Assembly: GCA_017990495.1 (NCBI GenBank)
Contig: JAGNNV010000004.1
Coordinates: 3,003-50,728, forward strand
Length of the DNA stretch: 47,726 nt
Direction of reading: 5' to 3'
DNA from: Vicinamibacteria bacterium
GTDB taxonomy: Bacteria > Acidobacteriota > Vicinamibacteria > Fen-336 > JAGNNV01
The number at the start of each line of letters is the position of its first letter. The first letter of the stretch is position 1. Shown one piece after another: positions 41,053-47,726 of this stretch. The translations under genes and the position numbers were made by a program. The notes beneath the pieces were generated by a model, which saw only the letters and a program-made list of their open reading frames with translations, had not been told where the DNA came from and made no database searches.

Positions 41053-42642
41053 ATGGCCACGCCAGACGCCTCGCCCCCGACTCCAGCCCCGACCGCGGTG
41101 ACGTCGCACGCCCGCTTCATCCTGGGTGTGTTGTTCGTGGTCTCGATCCTCAACTTCGTCGACCGGCAGATCCTGGCCATCCTGGCCGGCAAGGTCAAGG
41201 CCGACCTTCTGATCAGCGATGCCCAGTTAGGGTTCCTCTACGGCACGGTCTTCGGGATCTTCTACGCGGTGTTCGGCGTGCCCCTTGGGGTCTATGCCGA
41301 CCTCGGGTCGAGGAAGAGGCTCATCGCCTGGGGCCTGGGGCTGTGGAGTTTGATGACGCTCGCCTCGGGCTTCGCCACCGGTTTCGTAAGCCTCGCTCTC
41401 GCGCGCATCGGTGTGGGCATTGGCGAAGCCAGCGCTTCGCCCGCCGCGTACTCGTTGATCTCCGACCTCTTTCCCAAGGTCCGACGCGCCACCGCACTCG
41501 CTATCTACTCGCTGGGCGTTTACGTGGGCATCGGCCTGAGCTCATTCCTGGGCGGCGCGGTAGTCGACGGTTGGAGCGCGGCCTTTCCCCCGGGCCAGGA
41601 GCCGTTCGGCCTGCGAGGGTGGCAGGTCGCTTTCATCGTCGCCGGACTTCCCGGACTTCTGCTCGTGCCTCTCGTCCTGTCGTTCCGCGAACCCGTGCGG
41701 GGTGCGATGGAGGAGGGCGCCACCGCAAGCAAGGAAGTCACTCCCGCCGCGGACTCAAAGCCCGGCGCCCTGCGCTCCGCGTTGTCCGAAGGCCTCGCCC
41801 TGCTGCCTCCCTTTTCTCTTTTCTTCCTGCGCCGGGATGGCGTTCCCTTCGCGACCAATGCCTGGACGTTCGGCATCATGGCCCTCTCGGCGCTCCTCTT
41901 GTCGACAGCCTTCGGCGATCCGGTGCAATGGATCTGTCTGTCGATCGGCCTCTACGTGGTGGCAACCATGGCTCAGAGGCTGCGGGCGAGGGAGAAGGAC
42001 ACCTTCGCCCTGATCTTCAACACACCCTCCCTGGCCCTTGCCACCTTCGGATTCTCGTCCCTCTCCTTCACCGGATATGCGATCGGTCTGTGGACGGCGC
42101 CATTCTTCGTCCGCTACCACGGCTTCTCGTTGAGCGAAATCGGCGGAATTCTGGGCGTGATCTCCGCGGTCGGCGGAGGTTTGGGGGTGACCATGGGCGG
42201 ACTGCTGGCCGATCGACTGCGCCGGAAGATTCCGTGGGGCCGCCTGGCCGTGGGCATGATGAACGCCCTGCTTCCCCTTCCTTTTCTGTGGCTGGCCCTG
42301 AACATCCCCGATCGAACGACGGCCCTCGTCCTCTTCGTTTTCGCCCAGACCTTCGCGGCCCTGTGGCTGGGCGCCGCCACCTCCATGGTTCAGGAGATGG
42401 TGCTGCCCCATATGCGGGCGCGCGCCTCCGCGGTGATGCTGCTCTTCGTGAACATCGTCGGCCTCGCCCTCGGCCCGTACGTGGTGGGACGACTGAGCGA
42501 CCTGTGGGGCGATCTGCGTCTTGCCTTCATGGTCGCATCACTCGCGAATCTCGTGGCCTTCGTGTTCTTCGTCCTCGCTTCCCGCACTATCGCCATCGAC
42601 GAGGAAACGCGGGAGGCGAGGGCCGCAGCCGCCCGGGCATAA
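41053..42642 (+). CDS. MFS transporter (Spinster-like)
   Basis: 12-TM-like profile. FVDRQILAILAG and GVYADLGSRKRLI (MFS motif A region). Confidence 0.8.
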   Translation: MATPDASPPTPAPTAVTSHARFILGVLFVVSILNFVDRQILAILAGKVKADLLISDAQLGFLYGTVFGIFYAVFGVPLGVYADLGSRKRLIAWGLGLWSLMTLASGFATGFVSLALARIGVGIGEASASPAAYSLISDLFPKVRRATALAIYSLGVYVGIGLSSFLGGAVVDGWSAAFPPGQEPFGLRGWQVAFIVAGLPGLLLVPLVLSFREPVRGAMEEGATASKEVTPAADSKPGALRSALSEGLALLPPFSLFFLRRDGVPFATNAWTFGIMALSALLLSTAFGDPVQWICLSIGLYVVATMAQRLRAREKDTFALIFNTPSLALATFGFSSLSFTGYAIGLWTAPFFVRYHGFSLSEIGGILGVISAVGGGLGVTMGGLLADRLRRKIPWGRLAVGMMNALLPLPFLWLALNIPDRTTALVLFVFAQTFAALWLGAATSMVQEMVLPHMRARASAVMLLFVNIVGLALGPYVVGRLSDLWGDLRLAFMVASLANLVAFVFFVLASRTIAIDEETREARAAAARA

Positions 42643-42728
42643 GCTTGAAGCCAGACGGCGGACACCCTTCGACGAATCCCTCCGACGAACGCAGGGACCA
42701 CTGGGCCGCCCCTAGTTGAGGCCACGCC

Positions 42729-43514
42729 ATGAGACCCACCGCCACCGCCACCATCTCTTTCGGAATGGTCTCCATTCCGGTCAAGCTCTTCTCCGCCACC
42801 GAGAGCAAGGCCTCGATCTCCTTCAACATGCTGCACGAGAAGTGCAAGGGTCGGGTGAAGCAGCAGTACATCTGCGAGCGCGACAACAATGAAGTGGTCC
42901 CGCGCACCGAGATGGTGAAGGGCTACGAATTCGCCAAGGACCAGTACGTCGTCTTCACCCCGGACGAGATCAAGAAGATGGAGGAGGAGAAAACCGGCCT
43001 CGTCGACATCGCGGAGTTCCTCGACATCAATCTGGTCGACCCCGTGTACTACGAGGGCGCCTCGTACCTCGCTCCCGACAAGGGCGGCGAGAAAGCCTAC
43101 CGACTTTTGTGCGACGCCATGAAGAAGACCGGCCGGGTTGCGGTGGCGCGCTGGGCGGCCCGGGGCAAGCAGTACCTGGTGCTTTTGCGCCCGCTCAAGA
43201 ACGTGATCATCCTCCAGCAACTGCGGTACCCCGACGAAGTACGCGCGCTCGATGAGGTTCCGGTGGGCACGGCCGAGTCCAAGGAGAACGAACTCAAGCT
43301 CGCGGTCCAGCTCATCGATCAGATCACCTCTCCCGCCTTCGAACCCGCGCAGTACGAGGACGAGGTGCGGAAACGCATGCAGGCCGCGATCGATCGGAAG
43401 ATCCAGGGCCAGGAGATCGCGAGCGCCCCCGAACAGCCGCGCGCCCAGATCATCGACATCATGGAGGCCCTGAAGGCATCCCTGGCCGCCCGGAAGGGCG
43501 ACCTCGTCAGCTAG
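42729..43514 (+). CDS. ku: Ku protein (non-homologous end joining)
   Basis: ISFGMVSIPVKLFSAT and VKGYEFAKDQYVVFTPDEI are hallmark bacterial Ku segments. Confidence 0.9.
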   Translation: MRPTATATISFGMVSIPVKLFSATESKASISFNMLHEKCKGRVKQQYICERDNNEVVPRTEMVKGYEFAKDQYVVFTPDEIKKMEEEKTGLVDIAEFLDINLVDPVYYEGASYLAPDKGGEKAYRLLCDAMKKTGRVAVARWAARGKQYLVLLRPLKNVIILQQLRYPDEVRALDEVPVGTAESKENELKLAVQLIDQITSPAFEPAQYEDEVRKRMQAAIDRKIQGQEIASAPEQPRAQIIDIMEALKASLAARKGDLVS

Positions 43515-43539
43515 GAGTCTGCGCGGCAGACTCCTAGCT
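43509..43539 (+). terminator. Perfect 14-bp-stem palindrome AGCTAGGAGTCTGC-gcg-GCAGACTCCTAGCT spanning the ku stop codon
   Basis: Arms at 43509-43522 and 43526-43539. Followed by TTCGTCTCT, a weak U tract. Lies between the convergent ku and YHS genes. Confidence 0.5.
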
Positions 43540-43617
43540 TCGTCTCTGAGCTGGGGGGCCGCAAAGTGCTCAGCCCCCCAGACCCCCGCGCTCCGGCCGA
43601 AGTGAATTCGGCCTGCG

Positions 43618-43926
43618 CTAGCCGTTCCGGGCCTTTTCCGCGCACTCGGGCGAACAGAAGTACGCCTCGCGTCCTTCGTACCTGCCGGCGATGGCGGATG
43701 ACCTTGCGGTGTGGACGCCGCAGATCGGGTCTTTCACCAGCTCCTCAACCTGGCCCTTCGTCTGCTGGCCGGAGTACCCGCCCTGGCCCGCACCCCGCGC
43801 GGCCGCCGGTCCGGTGGGACGGGTTCCCCGGACCAGACCGCCGAAGAACGAGCGCAAGACGATGCCGGCCAGTCGAAAGACGATGAGAAAGAGGATGAGC
43901 CTGAAAATGAAGGCCAGAATAGCCAT
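43618..43926 (-). CDS. Membrane-anchored YHS/TRASH-domain protein
   Basis: N-terminal TM helix, Gly-rich linker, and C-terminal DPICGVH..YEGREAYFCSPEC (YHS/TRASH metal-binding pattern). Confidence 0.7.
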   Translation of the reverse strand: MAILAFIFRLILFLIVFRLAGIVLRSFFGGLVRGTRPTGPAAARGAGQGGYSGQQTKGQVEELVKDPICGVHTARSSAIAGRYEGREAYFCSPECAEKARNG

Positions 43927-43955
43927 GGGGGTCCGATCGGACGGCTTCTAAACGG

Positions 43956-44954
43956 CTAGAACTTCAGGGTGGACCAGCGAAGGACGGCGGAGCCCACGGT
44001 GAAACCGGCGCCGACCGAGGTCATGAGCAGATTGAAGCCTTTTTGCAGGCGGTTCTCCTCGAGCGCGGTGTAGATGCCGAGGGGAATGGTCGCGGCGGTG
44101 GTGTTGCCGTACTTCGCGATGTTCTTCACCACCTTCTCATCGGGAAGCCCGAGCCGCGCCTGGGCCGCCTCGATGATCCGTATGTTGGCCTGGTGGGGAA
44201 TGAAGACGTCGATGTCCGCGTTGGTCAGACCCGCTTTCTCCACAGCCAGCACGGAGGTGTCGGCCATCTTGCGGACCGCGTACTTGAAGACGGCCTGGCC
44301 TTCCTGCTTGACGTAGTGCAGGCGCTGGTCGACGGTCTCATGCGACGCGGGCCGCAGGCTGCCGCCCGCCGGCATCTGCAGACAGGAACCGCCCGAACCG
44401 TCGGTTTCGTGGGTGAAAGCGAGAAGGCCGCAATCGTCTTCGGATGGCTCGAGCAACACGGCGCCCGCGCCGTCGCCAAAAAGCACGCAGGTGGTGCGAT
44501 CCTGGAAGTCGAGGATCGAGGACATGACCTCGGCGCCGATGACCAGGACCTTGCGGTGAGAGCCGCTTTCGATGAACTGGGCGCCCACGGTGAGGGCATA
44601 GACGAACCCCGAGCAGGCGGCGGAAAGATCGAAAGCCCAGGCGCGGGACGCCCCCAGCTCGTTCTGCACCAGGCAGGCGGTGGCGGGGAAGATCATGTCC
44701 GGGGTGATGGTGGCCACGATGATGAGGTCGATCTCGGACGCGGCGATGCCCCGCCGCTCGAGACACTCACGCGCCGCGGCGGTGGCGAGGGTGGACGTGC
44801 CCACGCCTTTTTCCGCGTGGTGGCGGGTGGTGATCCCGGTCCGGGTGCGGATCCATTCGTCGTTCGTGGCCACGAACTGTTCGAAGTGTTGGTTATCCAA
44901 CACCCGGGGCGGCAGGTAACGGCCAATGGATGTGATCGCGGCGCGGCGGGTCAT
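43956..44954 (-). CDS. fabH: 3-oxoacyl-ACP synthase III (KAS III)
   Basis: [26 protein letters not shown], active-site Cys in DLSAACSGF, and C-terminal GAGFT. ATG 44954 lies within the longer track ORF. Confidence 0.88.
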   Translation of the reverse strand: MTRRAAITSIGRYLPPRVLDNQHFEQFVATNDEWIRTRTGITTRHHAEKGVGTSTLATAAARECLERRGIAASEIDLIIVATITPDMIFPATACLVQNELGASRAWAFDLSAACSGFVYALTVGAQFIESGSHRKVLVIGAEVMSSILDFQDRTTCVLFGDGAGAVLLEPSEDDCGLLAFTHETDGSGGSCLQMPAGGSLRPASHETVDQRLHYVKQEGQAVFKYAVRKMADTSVLAVEKAGLTNADIDVFIPHQANIRIIEAAQARLGLPDEKVVKNIAKYGNTTAATIPLGIYTALEENRLQKGFNLLMTSVGAGFTVGSAVLRWSTLKF

Positions 44955-45014
44955 GGGGCTGTGGAGTATATCGACCCGTCTCATCCGACCCTGGTCTTGG
45001 TAGATTGACGGTCC

Positions 45015-45983
45015 TTGAGCCTTGTCCCTCCGCTTGAACGCCTGAAGACGCTGCCCCGGGCTCCCTTCCTGGGCGCGCCCTCGCCTATCGACCGCCTCGA
45101 CCGCTTCGAATCCGCGATCGGGTCGCCGTATCCCATCTTCATCAAACGGGACGACGCCATCCCTTTCGGTTTCGGAGGGAACAAGGTCCGCAAGCTGGAG
45201 CTGGTGATCGCGGAGGCCGAGGGAAAAGGCGCCACCACCGTCATCACCTGCGGCGGTCTGCAGTCGAATCACTGCCGGGCCACCGCGGCGGCGGCGGCCC
45301 GACGCGGACTGTCCTGCCACCTCGTGCTGAACGGCGTTCGCCCCGAGGCCCTTAGCGGCAACACTCGGCTCGATGATCTTTTTGGCGCAACCCTTCACTT
45401 CGTGCCCGGGCGCGAGGATCGGGATCCGAAGATGGCCGCTCTCGCCGCGTCGCTCCTGGAACGAGGTGAGAAGGCGTTCGTGATTCCGCTGGGCGCCTCC
45501 ACGCCCATGGGCGCCGCCGGGCTGGCAAACGGCATCATCGAGATGATCGACCAGGGCCATCGCCCGGACGTGATCGTGCACGCGTCCTCTTCCGGCGGAA
45601 CCCAGGCCGGCCTGCTCGGGGGCCTCGCCCTGACCGGTCTGAAGACGCGGGTGATCGGCATCAGCGCCGACGAAACGGAGGCCAGACTGGTCCGTGTGGT
45701 CGAGGACCTCGAACGCGATCTGCTCGCTCTTCTCCACTCCCCCGAAGAACCGCTCAAGGCCGAAGTCCGCGACGGTTTCGTGGGCGAGGGTTACGGCCTG
45801 CCCACCGAAGCCTCGCGCGAAGCGCAGCGCCTTCTGGCCCGCAGTGAGGCCGTGTTGGTCGACCACACCTACACCGCCAAAGCCCTGGCCGGACTCATCA
45901 GCCTGGTCCGCGAAGGTTCACTGCCCACCGGGACATCCCTCCTCTTCTGGCACACCGGCGGTCAGGTGGGAGTCCTCGCCTAG
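45015..45983 (+). CDS. D-cysteine desulfhydrase / ACC deaminase family PLP enzyme
   Basis: [17 protein letters not shown]-lysine motif and [15 protein letters not shown] start. Confidence 0.8.
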   Translation: MSLVPPLERLKTLPRAPFLGAPSPIDRLDRFESAIGSPYPIFIKRDDAIPFGFGGNKVRKLELVIAEAEGKGATTVITCGGLQSNHCRATAAAAARRGLSCHLVLNGVRPEALSGNTRLDDLFGATLHFVPGREDRDPKMAALAASLLERGEKAFVIPLGASTPMGAAGLANGIIEMIDQGHRPDVIVHASSSGGTQAGLLGGLALTGLKTRVIGISADETEARLVRVVEDLERDLLALLHSPEEPLKAEVRDGFVGEGYGLPTEASREAQRLLARSEAVLVDHTYTAKALAGLISLVREGSLPTGTSLLFWHTGGQVGVLA

Positions 45984-47260
45984 TGGCCACCCGCGGGGCC
46001 GCCCCCTTCATTCTGCGCCTGGCCTTCCGGAATCTCTCGAGGCACCGGCGGAGGACAGCCCTCACCATCGCCGCCCTTTCCTTCGGCATCGCCTTGATGG
46101 TTCTCGGCCAGGCCTGGACCGACGCCATGGAGCGCGCGGTGGTGGAGCCCGCGAAAAACGCCACCCTCGGCCACGTGCAGGTCTATCGAAGCGATGCGGC
46201 TGAGGATGAGACGGGCGAGATCTCGTTCATCATGCCCCAGAACAACTACCGTCTGATTCAGAACCCGGTGGCACTGATCGAAGACATCAAGCGTCTCGAT
46301 CCGCGAGTCGAGTCCGGCCTGGCCCGGCTGATGGTGGGAGCGCTTCTCTCGTTCAAGGACACCACCATGGACGGTGTGTTGATCGGCATCGACCCGAGAG
46401 CACGCTCCGCCACCTATCCCGATCTCTCGGTGGTCGAAGGCCGGCATTTCGAGCCCGGGGAGAAAGGCGTGCTCATCAATCGTGGGGTGGCCCGCAAGCT
46501 GGGCATCGGTCCGGGCGACGACATGGTGGCGCTCGGCACCACCTCCGACGGCCGGCTCAATGGGACACGGCTCCGAGTCACCGGCGTCTACACCATCAAG
46601 GGTCTCGAGGCCTACGAATGGGGATCCTGTTACGCCGACCTGGCCTCGGTGCAGGACCTCCTCGACGTGCCCGATCAGGCCGGTCTGGTGGTGCTTCGGC
46701 TGGATGACGCCGGGCGGGAGTCGGAAGCGGTGCGCGACACACTGAACGCCGCATTCAAGGCGAAAGGCACGAACGCGGTGGCCTTCACCTGGAAGGACAT
46801 GGGGGGGCCCTTCATCGGGGGCATGCTGGTCACGAACTTCATCGCCACCATCATGAACTTCGTCATGGGCATCATCGTGGCCGCGGGAGTGCTGAACACC
46901 GTGCTCATGGCCACGTTCGAACGCACGCGGGAGATGGGCACCATGCGGGCCATGGGGGCTCGAAAGCTCGACGTGTTGTCGGTGTTCCTTTCCGAGGGAT
47001 TCCTGATCGGCGTTTTCGGAGCCGCCCTGGGCGCGTTCCTGGGTGCTGGCGCCATCGTGTTCTTCTCCCACTACGGGATTCCCGCTTTCAGCGAGGCCCA
47101 GAAGTACACCTACGGCGGTGATCGGCTTTATCCCATGCTCAAGGTTCTCGACGTGGTCCGGCCGCCCCTCATCATGCTGGGGGTCAGCGTGCTCGCCGCT
47201 CTCGCCCCCTCTCTCTCCGCGGCGCGGCAGCGGCCCGCGGAGTCCCTGCGCTACGTATGA
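45983..47260 (+). CDS. FtsX-like ABC transporter permease (LolC/E- or MacB-type), no adjacent ATPase
   Basis: N-terminal LRLAFRNLSRHRRRTALT, a periplasmic domain, and a C-terminal FtsX 3-TM module with ERTREMGTMRAMGA. Confidence 0.8.
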   Translation: MATRGAAPFILRLAFRNLSRHRRRTALTIAALSFGIALMVLGQAWTDAMERAVVEPAKNATLGHVQVYRSDAAEDETGEISFIMPQNNYRLIQNPVALIEDIKRLDPRVESGLARLMVGALLSFKDTTMDGVLIGIDPRARSATYPDLSVVEGRHFEPGEKGVLINRGVARKLGIGPGDDMVALGTTSDGRLNGTRLRVTGVYTIKGLEAYEWGSCYADLASVQDLLDVPDQAGLVVLRLDDAGRESEAVRDTLNAAFKAKGTNAVAFTWKDMGGPFIGGMLVTNFIATIMNFVMGIIVAAGVLNTVLMATFERTREMGTMRAMGARKLDVLSVFLSEGFLIGVFGAALGAFLGAGAIVFFSHYGIPAFSEAQKYTYGGDRLYPMLKVLDVVRPPLIMLGVSVLAALAPSLSAARQRPAESLRYV

Positions 47261-47726
47261 CCCTCCCCGCCCTCGATCTCCTTCTCTACGGAGGCACCGG
47301 AGCCCTGACCGGAATGATCGGCGCGTTGCTTGGTCTCGGAGGCGGCGTGTTCCTCGTGCCGCTCCTCGCCCTGGGTTTTCACCTCGAACCGCGCACCGCG
47401 GTGGCGGCGAGCCTCGTGGCCGTCATCGCAAGTTCCTCGAGCACCACTCTCGTCAACATGAAGCGGGGCCTCGTGAACATCCCCCTCGCCTTCACCCTGC
47501 TCCTCACCACCTCGCTCGGCAGCCTCGGGGGCGGCGTGATCGCGGAGCACATCACCACCCGCACCCTTTATGCCGTGTTCGCCTCGACCCTGTTCGTGGT
47601 GGCCATCATCGTGACCTCGCGGTCGGGAACGCGCAACGTGATCGACGATGCGACGCTCGACGTGGGAACGCTGGGTGGCCGGGTGATCGAGAACGGGAAG
47701 ACGCTCAGTTACCGCATGAAACGACA
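47257..47726 (+). CDS. TSUP (TauE/SafE) family membrane protein, 3' end beyond window
   Basis: My own translation from ATG 47257 (ATGA overlap with the permease stop) reads MTLPALDLLLYGGTGALTGMIGALLGLGGGVFLVPLL... It is open to the window end and absent from the ORF track because it has no stop. Confidence 0.7.
   Translation, partial: MTLPALDLLLYGGTGALTGMIGALLGLGGGVFLVPLLALGFHLEPRTAVAASLVAVIASSSSTTLVNMKRGLVNIPLAFTLLLTTSLGSLGGGVIAEHITTRTLYAVFASTLFVVAIIVTSRSGTRNVIDDATLDVGTLGGRVIENGKTLSYRMKR

Noticed and set aside
43956-45866. 636-aa minus-strand ORF
   Set aside because: Only the C-terminal 332 aa (from ATG 44954) are FabH. The N-terminal part is an antisense read-through of the DcyD-like gene.

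Overview
GC-rich bacterial chromosomal window. The ADOP-type duplicated FtsX permease suggests Acidobacteriota, but this was not verified. All homology calls come from motifs read by eye in the supplied translations; no searches were run. I recognised no rRNA, tRNA, CRISPR array, transposase, integrase or phage genes. Four blocks stand out. (1) 1-13228: a truncated hypF is joined by start/stop overlaps to a fused 2Fe-2S/molybdopterin hydroxylase (Mop/XdhD architecture). It is followed by an SsnA-like amidohydrolase, two fold-type II PLP enzymes, a nitrilase-superfamily amidase and a TVP38 membrane protein. Convergent to these are a YgfK-N-terminal-like Fe-S flavoprotein and an M20 carbamoyl-amino-acid amidohydrolase. 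This gene set resembles the E. coli ygfK-ssnA-xdhD type N-heterocycle catabolic locus and sits directly between hypF and (2) a compact group 3d NAD-linked [NiFe] hydrogenase operon, hoxFUYHW (13412-18641). (3) 18.5-32 kb is an accessory-looking stretch. It holds TSUP, a VKOR-DsbA fusion, two paralogous Arg/Tyr/Gly-rich secreted proteins, a leaderless orphan family-5 SBP, an ADOP permease, a YCII plus extended ECF sigma pair and oligopeptidase B. (4) 32-47.7 kb is mostly housekeeping: S9 peptidase, Leu-type dehydrogenase, hydrolases, aldo/keto reductase, NhaC, MBL, MFS, Ku, FabH, a DcyD-like enzyme, an FtsX permease and a second TSUP. The most unusual structural signals are two gene cassettes, the ADOP permease and an SDR plus short NadE-like pair. 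Each is bracketed by imperfect direct repeats (about 84 bp and 47 bp) that duplicate the 3' ends and stop codons of the neighbouring genes, with no recombinase nearby. The hydrogenase-embedded heterocycle catabolic cluster is the best candidate for an undescribed functional system.
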